From the NCBI GenBank assembly GCA_964016885.1, contig OZ024740.1, positions 147,808,001 through 147,872,000 of the forward strand: a stretch of 64,000 nt of DNA, in the 5' to 3' direction. Positions within the stretch are counted from its first letter, which is position 1. Every line of letters starts with the position of its first letter. This document shows positions 36,599-49,428 of the stretch, in pieces. This DNA is from Eledone cirrhosa. Lineage: Eukaryota. The notes beneath the pieces are model-generated. The model made no database searches and was not told the origin of the DNA. It saw only the letters and a list, made by a program, of their open reading frames with translations. The translations under genes and the position numbers were made by a program.

Positions 36599-37214
36599 GC
36601 TACAAAGGTATAGTGAAAATTGATAATTATAAACCTACTTTCAAAATCAAAATTAAAAAGATGTGTTGTCGTTCATGGCTTTCCTAGAGCTATTAGTAAT
36701 ATTTAGGGTCGACTTCTGGTCATTATTGAAAGTCTCTGGATTTCGCAAAATACATCATATTTTATATTGGAGAAGGTTAGATATTTTCCCGCAAAAATTT
36801 GATTGTACTGTTTTGTTTCCACTTATTTATTTTTCGAAAATGTTATTTATTCATTATAAAAATTAAATGATGGCATTCTATATGTAGGTGGGCCCCAATT
36901 CATCTCCTGGCAACCAATATTTTTAGACCCAGTCCGCCCCTGTATATATATATATAGGTAGTAAGATTTTGTTTATGTATATCAAGAACGAATGCATAAA
37001 GAAGATAATTGCTTATCAGAGAATTTGACTCGACGGTATCCTTTGAATCGTATAGCATAAATATCCAAGCATGGGAATATGATTGAACAATATATATTGT
37101 AGTCAGCATGTGTAGATTATTGTAATAGACACAGAAACATATGTTGTTTATCCGTTTACTTTTCATACAGACACTCAGACACACACGCACATACACAAAC
37201 ACATACACACAAAT

Positions 37215-37250
<36 letters not shown>

Positions 37251-37617
37251 CCGTGTGTGCGCGCATGTATGCATGTAGTGTGTATGTGTGTGTGTATGTG
37301 TGCATGTATTTCAACAGCGATTCCTGATTGACTGATTTTTGGTTGACTTAAAACAAAGAAAGATTTAAGTTTTAGCCTATTTGTTAACAGAAGTAAAATA
37401 CGACCAAATAACAAATATTATAGATATGTATACCGACGAAGGTCATTTTGAGATTAAGACGACGAATACACTCACCAGTGTATTGTGTTTTTACACGGAA
37501 GGCAAATGTCAAAAATATTTTATTTAACTATTCCAAGCTGCAAATGCATTTAAAATTATCTATCTAACTGTCTGGTTCTCTCTTCCTCCCTCTCTCTCTC
37601 TGTATATACATACATAC

Positions 37618-37694
<77 letters not shown>

Positions 37695-37695
<1 letters not shown>

Positions 37696-38330
37696 AGAAA
37701 GTAAGTCCATAGAATCATTTGATAAAATATATACAGTATTTCTCCTCCCAATCAGCATAATCAACCACATAAAAAATCATTTAAACGAGGCTATAAGTTT
37801 AAAATGTACCTATGAAGAAACAATAGATAAATAAATGATAGCTATTTTATCCGCGATCCACAGCCACAGAAGATTTACCTAGTATTTCTGATAGCCTGTA
37901 GAAATTGACTAGACATATAGCTAACCATACACAATTAGGTACAAAATCAAAGTTAGAAGAAAAAATGTACATAAACATACCAAAATTATGTTTCTACCTC
38001 CGGCGATTTCATTCGCTTTTTGGAAATATCCGATCATGGATAAATCAACGAGTTTCGAAATCATCAGGAAACAAACTCAATTGGACAAAGATTTTTCCTA
38101 AATGATCCCCGCCAGAAACGAATTCAAAATGGCTAAGAATTGTCACATGGCCAGTGGTCAAGTCAGAAAGCTTGTGATTGGTGCCTGACGGTGAGTAGGC
38201 TTGTTGCTAGAAAGCGCAGCCGAATACTGCCTACAGTTTTACTCAACCTTACTTTCTTATATATTGCTCTGATTGTTGATTATTTAATTAATTAATTCGT
38301 CATTGAGCCACACCGTGAATGGTTGTCAAA

Positions 38331-38374
<44 letters not shown>

Positions 38375-39017
38375 TCTGTCTAGTTTATGTATATGTAAAC
38401 CTCTATATTTTATATACTCCCGTAAGGTTGAGTAAAACTTTAGGAAACATAATTTTGGTATGTTTATGTACATCTTTTCTAACTTTGATTTTGTACCTAA
38501 TTGTGTATGGTTAGCTATATGTCTAGTCAATTTCTACGGGCTATCAGAAATACTAGGTAAATCTTCTGTGGCTGTGGATCGCGGATAAAATATACGCTGC
38601 CGTGTTATTGACACCGTAAAACTCACGCCTGTGCTACTTCTACTAGACCCGTTTTGTTGTACCTACACCGCAGTGTGAACGCCCTGCGCAAGTACTCCGA
38701 ACAGCGTTTGGCTAATTCCGCGGTGACCCCTTTTGTCACACCTTTGTTGCTGTGTAAACACAGTACAACCAGTGCCGCCCATTTATTTATCTATTATTTC
38801 TTCATAGGTACATTTTAAACTTATAGCCTCGTTTAATTGATTTTTTATATGGCTGATTATGCTGATTGGGAGGAGAAATACTGTATATATTTTATCTAAT
38901 GATTCTATGGACTTACTTTCTTATATATTGCTCTGATTGTTGATTATTTAATTAATTAATTCGTCATTGAGCCACACCGTGAATGGTTACCAAAAACATA
39001 GTTTATGTATATGTAAA

Positions 39018-39020
<3 letters not shown>
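37695..39020. mobile_element. Complex inverted plus partial tandem pLTR-like module
   Basis: 37695-37995 is the reverse complement of 38441-38592 plus 38780-38925; 38248-38338 is repeated at 38912-39000. Confidence 0.8.
37989..38073 (-). ncRNA. Type I hammerhead ribozyme
   Basis: UGUUUC-CUGAUGA-UUUCG...CGAAU-GAAA-UCGCCGGAGG-UA-GAAACA. Confidence 0.72.
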
Positions 39021-39071
<51 letters not shown>

Positions 39072-39240
39072 TATATATATATAAATATACACGGGTGTGC
39101 ATGATTGTGTATAGAAGATTGTATTAATAAAAAGAATTCCAACTTTGTCTGATTTACTCGTTTTATTTACAATCCTTTAAAATTTATAATGGTATTAGAA
39201 TGAAATAGTATGGTAGGATATTAAATGTTAAGTGTTAATT

Positions 39241-39277
39241 GAACAAGTACTTTCATGCTTTCGCAATCTTCAGGTTC
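39241..39277 (-). ncRNA. Minimal (37-nt) type I hammerhead ribozyme
   Basis: GAAC-CUGAAGA-UUGC-GAAA-GCAU-GAAA-GUAC-UU-GUUC; GNRA-capped stem II and palindromic stem III. Confidence 0.8.
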
Positions 39278-39350
39278 ATATTCTGTGGTGACACAAGTTT
39301 GCAATTTTCAACTGAAAATTGCAAACTTGACTGTCACCACACAATATATA

Positions 39351-39404
<54 letters not shown>

Positions 39405-39416
<12 letters not shown>

Positions 39417-40365
39417 AGAGGATGTCTGTCCGTCTGTCTGTGTAAATCCCTAAAACTCGAGAAGTCCCGACCAATTTTTTTCAAACTTTACACATGCGTT
39501 ACTTATATTTCCTGAAGTGCAATGGGCTAAAAAAAATTGTAACTTTTTCTGCATTTGTCGAAAAACCGCATTTTAAAAGCATTTTTAGTCTTTTAGCCGA
39601 TTTCCTCAAAATTTGCAGCACACATTAGTTAGTCCCCTCGCATTACTGTGGACAAAGAAAATTCCGATTCCATAAATGGTTTCTAGAAAATTTACGAATT
39701 AGCATAGGGCATTACATGCCATTTTCATTTTCAATATAAACGCTACTTAAACATCGTAAGTAGCGTATAATATTTCGTTAGAAATTTGGTCTATTCAACA
39801 GAGGACACAACACTTACTTACTTTTAAGCAGGACCATTTTCGGGGGATTGAGGAAATGAGGAGGACCTTAAGTTTTTTATCGGCGCCCTGTTGACGCTTC
39901 GTGGTTTCATCACGTGCAAATCCGGGCCCAGTATACGCTGCCGTGTTATTGACACCGTAAAACTCACGCCTGTGCTACTTCTACTAGACCCGTTTTGTTG
40001 TACCTACACCGCAGTGTGAACGCCCTGCGCAAGTACTCCGAACAGCGTTTGGCTAATTCCGCGGTGACCCCTTTTGTCACACCTTTGTTGCTGTGTAAAC
40101 ACAGTACAACCAGTGCCGCCCAGCGTTTGTGCTAATTGCACTATGACCCCCTTCTGCTGCAGCTGCGTTGCCACGCTGTATTCGTCATCTCAATATCCCT
40201 ACTTAAACGTACATCCCTAGTTGGTTTTCACACAATTGACTACGTCGCTCCTCAATCATTCCCTGAGAATAAGGGAATTCAAAAAGTACACAGCTACATT
40301 CCCCAATCTTTGCATATGCGTGTTTTACGTTTCCTACCCCATGCAACGCCGGGTCCTGCTGCTAG
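39405..40365 (+). mobile_element. Non-autonomous Helitron
   Basis: 5' TATATAAACAGAGGATGTCTGTC; 3' CCCATGCAACGCCGGG hairpin + CTAG then T; 5' region homologous to the 16267-17062 element. Confidence 0.85.
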
Positions 40366-40838
40366 TATACTATAAAGCCAGATCTTACAGCGAGCCAGAT
40401 TTTATGAAGGCGAGCGCAGCGAATTTCCGCTTTACTCATGATATACACCGAATTTGGTTTCAAAGCTATTTCTATTGAATAAGAAAAACGGATGATTGGT
40501 GAGTTACAAATAAAAGTCCTCAAATCATTTCGACTCTATACTCGACTACATAGAAACAAAAGATCATACACCAATAATAGCAGACTATATGCCATACTAT
40601 TTTAGAGGCACTTTTTACGGATTAGTTTGCTTACTAGACACATTTAATGATAAACTTCTACTAACTAATAGTTGGGTTGTAACTGCATGCCCATTGAATG
40701 GGTTGCATGTAATATAAGCGTGAGTAGGTGTGTCTGTTTCTAGACTTACGTATACTTATGTAATTTGCACATTTTTACGATATGTTTATATCATGTTTCT
40801 TTTGCAAAAAATATTTCTTTGTACGCGCAAGTGAACTA

Positions 40839-40875
<37 letters not shown>

Positions 40876-40959
40876 TGTATACATATAGTATATTTTTATG
40901 TATGTTTGGATTAGGTATGTCAGGACGTTGTATATGTATGTTCTCTCTTTCTCTTAATT

Positions 40960-41968
40960 TTGACCGGCCACCTTCCTGGTGGCAAGGTTGTAAAAGAAAA
41001 GAAATTGTCATCCCTTGAATCGCAAGAATGTTTTGCAAATTTTGAAGGTGCCAGCTATCGCAGCCATTTGTAGACTATGAATTAGGGAGCTGCGCTCTTT
41101 GTCCGCAAATCCAAGTTCAGTCATACATTGGTCCAAGCGGGTTGGTATATAACCCGTAGCTCCAATAATGATGGGTATGAAGCTAAAGGTGTATCTTGGA
41201 TACTGGATTTGTAAACTCCTCATCAATGGTCCGTAGATGTCCTCCTTCTCCTGTATTTTTCTGACAACGTTTACATCAAGTGGGCAGCTGATCTCCACAA
41301 CAGAACACGTTTTCAATGTGTGGTCCCAAACTACAATATCAGGCCGGTTGTGCTTTAATTTGGTGGCAGTTTTTATTTTCAGGTTCCGCCAGTATTCCTT
41401 AGTGCCATCTGTCTAAATATATTCTTCCTCGTTTGTTGTTAATTTTGTTTTCCGAAGTGCGTTCCAGATGGTTCTAGCTATCCCATCGTGTCTCATGGGG
41501 AGGTAGTAGCGAGATGACATTCTTTCGCAGCTGGCAACAATGTGGCTTACATCCTCGATCTTTGTTTTACATAGCCTGCATTTATTGTCAGCTGATGGTC
41601 CTCCTCTTTTGTGCAGCAGATATTTGGTAGGGAGTTCTTGTTCCTGTATTGCATAGAGATATCCCTCAAGGTGTGATGTCATAAACTTGTCGGAACTCCA
41701 TGCCAGGCTTTTTGAGTGGTTTATCCCCTCTATGGTCTGTGTTTTACGTCTCAAGTATCAATGCACATCTTTTTCTGTAAAAATTGGTCAATTTTTTCAT
41801 CTTGTTTGAACATTGAATAGGATCTTCCGATTTCTCTGGGTGAGAGATTTATATCAGGCTTTATTCCATATCTCTCCTCCAGATCAGTGGCTATCCTAAT
41901 GATATTTTTTTCTTCATGCTCATAAACCTGGGCAAGATGGTTGCCAACCTTTTTCCTCTGTTGAAGAT
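40960..41968 (-). mobile_element. R4/Dong-like RLE non-LTR retrotransposon, 3' fragment
   Basis: YAIQEQEL, CRLCKTKIEDVSHIVASC (CCHC), RHD, HNRPDIVVWD...VEISCP (PD-(D/E)xK), IPIIIGATG. Confidence 0.88.
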
Positions 41969-42053
41969 GTATGTATGTATGTATGTATGTATGTATGTAT
42001 GTATGTATGTATGTATGTATGTATGTATGTATGTATGTATGTATGTATGTATG
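41968..42053. repeat. (TATG)n microsatellite
   Basis: Directly visible. Confidence 0.95.
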
Positions 42054-42273
42054 ATGTTGACTAGTTCTCCTTTTCGGGTAGTGTTTTAAATGCTCAGAGA
42101 GAGGGATTGATCGAGTGCAAGGCCTTCCCCCACTTAAAAAACTTTCAAAGCACAGGCATTACTTGTTCAGGATAAGTTACAGGTTTGTGTCGCTGGCCAT
42201 AGCCTAAAAGTGCACCAAACTCTATAAACTGACAAGCAATTGCAGTACTCTTAGCAGATTATGCAGCCACCAT
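42053..42273 (+). mobile_element. RTE-derived non-autonomous element, family A, 5'-truncated
   Basis: Homologous to 631-851 and 1718-1940; flanked by (TATG)n on both sides. Confidence 0.8.
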
Positions 42274-42499
42274 GTATGTATGTATGTACGTTCTGGATTT
42301 ATAATTTTATAAATTTTTACTAATAAAGAAAGAGTCGGTTTCTAACATAGACACAAGACTCTTTCAGTGGAATTTAGACATCATTAACTAGGCAGATATG
42401 TATGCATGTCTGCATGCGTGCGTGTGTGTGCAGGTATGGATGTTATTGTATGTGTGGGTGTGTATGTTTTGAGTTATATGTCTGCATGTGCATATGTTT

Positions 42500-43430
42500 T
42501 GTATCTGTACATGTACACATCCAGTTATTACATGCAGAATTTTTGGAATATTTTACATATTTTTGCTGTTCCATTATTGGATTGTACTTGTAATTTCCTA
42601 ACTAGTCCTGTTCCTTCTGGTTCTCAAGATTCGTACTGAAGCAGTTACTAGCATATCCCAGTGCTCCAATAATCACTGATATAAATCTGAAGGTATAGTC
42701 AGTGTGGAGTGTCTGCAGATTCCTCATTAGTTCTGCATAGATATTTTCATTTTCGCTAATCTTTAGGGTAGCTAACTTCCTTCCCTGTTCCATATTATTA
42801 TATCTGGGTTTTGACTGGAACATTCCACCAGTACTCTTTCATATTATGTATGTGTATGTCTTCCACATTGCTGTAACTTTCGGTGGTAAATCTGCAGAGT
42901 CTACATTTGTTGTCACATCTGGGTGTTTTGCTTGCGTCCCTATGTTTTTTTGAATCAGGTATTTTGTATTAATTTACTGTTCATGGATTGCAAAAGCATA
43001 TCAATCACAGTGAGAGCCAATATAGTGGTTGTTGGTACAAAATAGACTACTTTGCTTATCCATACTACTCTCACTCTGGAGCCACCTGGCAACATATCCA
43101 TGGATGATTTTTTTGCTGATAAGCATCATTTTTCATCCATGGATTCATTGCGGTATTGTTGGGTAAATTCCATGGGTGTGAGTTTTTGATTATCATGCAG
43201 GGAGTATCTTTCAAGGTGTTCTTTTCCAATTCTCATGATCTTATCTGTTTCATGCATACAGACTTGCTCGATGGATGGGGTCCTGCACTAGGAGGTTCGT
43301 AGACGTTGTCAGAGGGATATGATGAGAGACTCAAATGCTGTCTGGACTGATATTAGGCCTCTGCCTTCCTGCTTACGTTTCAAGTGGAAACAGTCTATGT
43401 CACTGTTGATGTGGAAGTTTCTTATGTTAG
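42500..43430 (-). pseudogene. Second, highly degraded R4/Dong-like fragment
   Basis: ENIYAELMRNLQTLHTDYTFRFISVIIGALGY, FAIHEQ, NFHINSDIDC...RKQEGRGLI. Confidence 0.72.
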
Positions 43431-43519
43431 TCGCTCTTCAGCACTATCGGTAACATGTAACCCAGTACAACCTGTACATGGTCGGGTCATCGGCCACTAA
43501 ACCGGCAACCCCACCAAGT

Positions 43520-43778
43520 TTGTTTTGTTTGTGTCTTTATTCTGTCTTCAGTCATTACTTTGCGGGTTGTTACTATTCCACTCGTGTTTGCTATTCAGGC
43601 TACGACTATCTTCTATTATGTGCGTGGCCTCCATATTTCGTCTGTGTCTTGCATCAGTTGTATGTGTGGATAGGGTTGTTTTTCCTAAAGGGGTATGTCC
43701 TACTGATCCGGATTTTATGGTAGTTCCTGGTTCTCTACTACTTTAATCCTATGGTTCATTTTTTTCTAAAGCTCTTCT

Positions 43779-43780
<2 letters not shown>
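43520..43780 (-). pseudogene. Degraded Penelope-like fragment
   Basis: IKVV...PGTTIKS..SRTYPF resembles IKIVERPGTSIKTLISNTYPF in ORF 4070-4645. Confidence 0.45.
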
Positions 43781-43862
<82 letters not shown>

Positions 43863-44764
43863 TTATATATATATCCTCCACTTCCTCCTTAGCGTCATCC
43901 TATTAAGACTGTGTTTTTGCATCCCTGTGTATGTTTCGATTTATTTGTTCAACTACACACACACACACATATATATATATATGCGCGCGCGTGTGTGTGT
44001 GTGAGAACATAAGGGAGTTTTCACTTTATGTTGATAAAATCGTATTTGTGGAATGATTATATGAGCATTAGTGAAAAACAGCTTACCAATATTTTTTCTC
44101 AACGTAGTTAATGGAGTCCCGTAATATAATATTCCAGGTGTTAAAACTTCGAGTACCGTATAGATCCCAAGCATTCACGGAGTAAATTAATATAAATTAT
44201 TTTATTAGGAAAAACAGGTAAGAGGTTAGGAGAAATTTTAAGAAGGATATATTTGATTAAATAATCTAACACGTGTTTCATCACTGTTTATTAATCAACT
44301 AAGAGAGCTGTCCTGCCCGATTCTGCGCTTAGCTCACCCCTAACGACGTGCTGGAAATCATTACCTTGAAAAATTTACCAAACTCTAGACAGGATAGAAT
44401 ATTCAATTGTAAACATAAGTACCTAAATACCTTTTCTAGATATAGTCCAACCTAACCTATGACTTGATCCTACAATTCCATTTCCATTTTCCTATGAACT
44501 ACATCTTTGGTTGGTCGTTTTCTATGACAAGGAGGACTGTAGTCTAGTATTTCAATATCTTTCTTACCTATAACTTTCACCTCTCATATAGCTTTATTGT
44601 CATAGCCGATAAATCAAACATCTAACTCCAAATGGATTTTACATCCTGTTTCTTTTCCTCACATACGGCGTATCTAGGGCATTTTAAAACCTGGCGGAGC
44701 CCGTCTCCTCTCCAGGATTTCTTCCAAGGAAAGTAGAAGAGAGAATGAAAGTGAGAAATCGATA

Positions 44765-44908
44765 TACCCTAGTACTTGACTGGTATCTTTTTTATCGACC
44801 TCGAATGGATGAAAGGCAAAGTTGACCTCGGTGAGATGTGAACTCAGAGAGCAAAGAGCCGAAACGAATACCGCAAAGCATTCTATCCGACGTTCTAACA
44901 ACTCTAGC
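44765..44908 (-). mobile_element. SINE (Nin/Deu-core-like, different subfamily)
   Basis: Minus strand GAGGTCAACTTTGCCTTTCATCCATTCGAGGTCGATAAAAAAGATACCAG. Confidence 0.8.
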
Positions 44909-47179
44909 ATGTGAGTTCATTTCGTCTGAAGTGATTTTTCTTTGATTTATTGTCTTCAATGAAAATAAGAAGTCCATATACAGAACTAGAATTGGTTGTT
45001 TTAGGGAATTACGAGAAGTTGTTTATAGATTAGTCTTATCCAATTATATAATTTACAACGCAAGAGACTTTGAGGTAAAAGCGTCTGGTGTACTTTTAAA
45101 AGTTTAATCAGAGGTAGCCGTATCTCTTTAGGAATATAATGTATTGATGGATATACTTAAGAATCGGTAATATAATGCAGGAATCTCTTCAAGTTTATAA
45201 TGATTTTTGTTTACAAAGGAGAAAAATCTTACTTTTGTAACTGAAATTGTAAAACGAAATGTGACAGCACCTCTAGCTGACGACTGCAGTAGCAATGCGG
45301 ATAGCAAAAGGAGTGGAAGAGGAACAAAAAAGGGTGTAAATAAAGGAGAGGTCAAGTTGAAAACTGATTATAATGTTGATGAGGAAAGGGTAGACTCGTA
45401 ATATTCTATCAAAATACCACAAGGAAGTTGTTTGAAAATACTTTAAAATCTACATTAATCATTAACATTCATTAGTTCAGGAAATAATAATAGTATATGA
45501 AGATAATAACTTCTAAAAACATAATTACGTACTGTCATTTCGAAATTCCAGCTTTAGACATCAGTTTGGTTCATTAGAAGAAGAGGTCGTAGTGTCAGTG
45601 GCAGTATTATAAGTATGTAGATATAAGTTAATGTTTGATAAACATCCCGTGATACTTGACTATATAATAACCGTCAAAGAGCCAATTACGAGACGAGCAA
45701 AATGAAATTTATGACGTTGATATTTCGGTCATGTGACAATGATATTGCTCACTTCCACCTTCAGCAACGTTTAGGCTTTCCATCCCCGATGTCGTTAGCA
45801 TTTCGTTTTTTTTCCTAAGAAATTAATCTAATTACATAATGCCTTGTCATATATTTTATATTGTCCTGTAATCTAGGTTTTAGCTACATAAGCAAAGAAC
45901 AGACATATCAGTGGTACAAGTTTGATTTGTACAAAAATACTTTTGACATATAACTCTTATAGAAGACCTCTTCAGTTTCTGTAAAAACGCCGTAGCCAAA
46001 TGGATTGGGAGCCGGAGTATGGTCTTTTATTCAGAATTCTTGACATATTTTCTGTTGCTGAGAAGTTTAATTTAATTTGTTTTATATATTAGAAATGGAA
46101 GTGGAGGAAGTAAACCGGCTGTATCCGGCCAGAATTCTCTCACCTCTTTCTCTTCAAACTGGCTGAAACCAACAACTCATACTGATGTTAAGGTATTGTT
46201 TTCAAAATAAGTAATATTAAAATCTCATATATACGATATTATGAGTGGTAATTATCTGAGGTAAAGTCTTTACCGTGAAAATACAATAGTAAATATAGAG
46301 TAATGTAAATGCTAAAGGGTTAATCTCATTTCATCAATCAACTTTCAGCTTAAGGCGCCACGGAATAAAATGGATCTGATGGGTTTTATTTTCTTCATGG
46401 GAAGAAAGATATTTTATCAGTTCATCTTTTCTTCGTTTCGTATTCAATTACATGAGATATTCCAATTATTAGACCATCTATTGTAGCAACGCCGAATTTT
46501 CAATATATTTAAAACATCCCATTGGCATTTATTTGTCACGGAAATGAGACAACATATAAAATCAGCACAAATTTTACGCCTGAAATTTTTGGCACTGATA
46601 GGTTAACGTCAACACTACAGTCATTGTTAGGCATTATTTTTGTTTCCATTGAATTCTGGTGCCTTTTCAAGAGTGGATTCAATTGGTATCCTATTACTTT
46701 TGCTCTCTACACTATAGTGGACAGTCTTCTGTAATTAAAACTATAGAGAATAATAAATGCATAAGGATGTCATTTATAGAGTATGGAATCACGACTGAGC
46801 TAATAGGATTGCAAGATTGCAATATAAATTCTAGTAAATAAACTTGAATGATTATTTACATTGTAATGACAAAAAAATAATGCAGTTGTTAGACTAACAA
46901 CTATTGTTATAACGATGGAAAGAACGAGCCCACGAGAGAGCCCCTACACACGGTCACTCGACCTGCTAGGATTAACAGCTAAAACTCCTATAAATTACAT
47001 CCGACCGAAACAAGTGAGTAAAACCTTTGTTTAAACAAGCCCTCTGCCAAATTGATGAATCGATTCTTACTCACTGTCTGATTGGTTATTTTAGGTGCAA
47101 CATCTGCCCTAAACCAATGGAAAGACCAGAATTCTCCAGCTGTTAAGATCGTCCAATGATTATCCCAACTTCACAAATA

Positions 47180-47235
<56 letters not shown>

Positions 47236-47851
47236 CATACATGCGTAACCTCTCCGATAGAATTTAGTGGCTAACTGTTTAGACCGACTACTGGTGTGTT
47301 CTCCCCACCCTCTCTCTCTCTTGGTCTCTTCTTTTTCTTTAGTTTTTCTAGTCTACCTATGATTACTTCTCACTACTATTGCTACAATTAAAACTACAAA
47401 GACCATTAGTTTCACTACCAACAAAGCATTTTTCATAATAATAAATGGAGAGCTGAGACCAAATGTAGAAACAACAAAATAAAAAAAATAAAAATAGACT
47501 TTTAACCTGCCTCAGCGAGCTGATAATGTTTCTATGTAATTAGTTGCTATTAGTTGTTGTTGTTTTTGACTCTGTTGTTGCCAATGTTGTTGCTGTTGTT
47601 GCTGTCGCTATTTAATAAATAATAGTTGGGATGCTAGTTTTCTTTTCTTCACCAGTCAAACTTCACCCACTGGCGGTACTTCAACATTATAATTGTGGAA
47701 TATATTGCCTTAGGGAGTTAATTACATGAAACTATTTAATTTTGATATAGCCAATGGCTTTCTCCCCACCCCACTCCAGGCCTTGTTTTCTTTCACCTTT
47801 CCCCACCATTTAATCACACCTGAACGAATAATTTCTGAAATTCCTCTATAG

Positions 47852-47885
<34 letters not shown>

Positions 47886-47954
47886 CTTATATTATTTTAT
47901 ATGAAACTGATTATTTTATTCCTTTTAATATTTATTGACTTAGTTAATAAAAAA

Positions 47955-49140
47955 TTATAATCACCTTATCTTGAACAGCCTTCGAACAGAAATCGAAAAA
48001 GATCTTACGCCCAAACCAAAATGGATTTGGATCATATAAATCTAGATGTACGTCATCATAGATTATGGCTCTATGACGTCTAATCGAAGAAGGAAGAAAC
48101 CATCAAAAAGCTTTTGATAACATTAACCCTGAACGTATGTTTGAAGTTCTATTTTCTTACGGTATTCCACTGAAACTCGTTAATGGAATCAGGACCGTGT
48201 ACGGAAACAATCTCGTTACGGTACAGACAACAGAAGGTGAAACTGACTTTAGGTAGTCAGACGTGTGCTTCGAAGCGATCGCCTTGCACTGTATTTATCA
48301 TCGTACTTGGTTATGCACTACGTGTTGATGATTTTGATGGCTTTACCCTTCAAAGGTGTATAAACACGACACATCTGTCACAACACCAAGCAGATATGGA
48401 ATTTGCTGATGACATTGTCTAATGTGTAGATTCACTAAGTAATGCAGATGATCTATTACACAAGCTAAAAGTTTCTACTCAAGCTATGAGACCCTTCCTA
48501 AATGTCAACAAAACCAGATACGAGAACATCAGCTCAGGTCAAGCAACACACATTAAATCATCAAACAATACTGTTCTCGAAGAAGTAGACGATTTCAAAT
48601 ACATTGGCGCATACTCGTCAAATGATATAAACAACAAGATAGCACAAACATGGTCTGCTGTGAACTCACTAGATAAGGTGAGGAAATCTAACATAACCAC
48701 AACAACAAAAGTTAGATTATTCAAAGCTACAGTGGAAACAATCTTACTATATTCCTGTAAATCATTGTCGATGACAATACCTATCACCAAAGCTTTAGAT
48801 GGTTGCTATACATGAATCCTAAGAAGGATAAAAAATATCAAACATCTGTTACAAACAAAATTCTCTGCGGCATCCTCCCACCCATTAGCCATTCTATCCA
48901 TGTCAAGCGTCTTCAAATTGCAGGTCCTGCCATGAGAGCCAACAAACGTGTTACAAAACGTTTACTATGGGAGCCCACTAATGTGAAATTCAAATGCGGG
49001 AGACCTCTTAAGACAGAGTCATTGAGGAAGATACAGAATTATCCAGTGAAGAACTGAAGAAGTTAATACTGGGTTGTGTGAGATGGAAAGGTTTTATCAT
49101 ATCACCACAAAGAAGCGGAGGAATTTAGTAATAGTAGTTA
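47955..49140 (+). pseudogene. Old, degraded RTE LINE RT fragment
   Basis: LRPNQNGF, KAFDNI, DMEFADDI, EVDDFKYIG, KVRLFKATVETILLYSC, LDGCYT, LLWEP; (TAG)n tail. Confidence 0.85.
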
Positions 49141-49428
49141 GATTTAGTTAACTATTTTATATTTAAATATTTTCTTCAAAAGTAATTTCAGTTGCTAGAT
49201 GTGGAAGACATTTGTGTGGTGTATAGTGTTGAAGCGGTTAAAGAGTGATAGTGTGTGTGATTTGCGAGAAATGTAGTTGTTACTTCTAACGAGTCGAGCA
49301 ACAATATACCGATTTCCTCATTGGATCGATGATTGTTTAGTTTTATACCAGATCAGCCCTGATTGAGCAGACTATTTCTAAAAGAATTCAAGCTACGGTA
49401 ATCTCATCTATTTGCATATAGAAGACGG

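Larger units (their letters stand above)
35830..36942. mobile_element. Non-autonomous TIR DNA transposon (hAT-like ends)
   Basis: TIRs CAGTGGCGGACTGG / CCAGTCCGCCCCTG, flanked by (TA)n on both sides. Confidence 0.75.

Noticed and set aside
44262-44300. Hammerhead 3' half GAAA-CACGTG-TT on the minus strand
   Set aside because: No correctly placed CUGANGA/UUGANAA core with pairing stems; at best a decayed relic.
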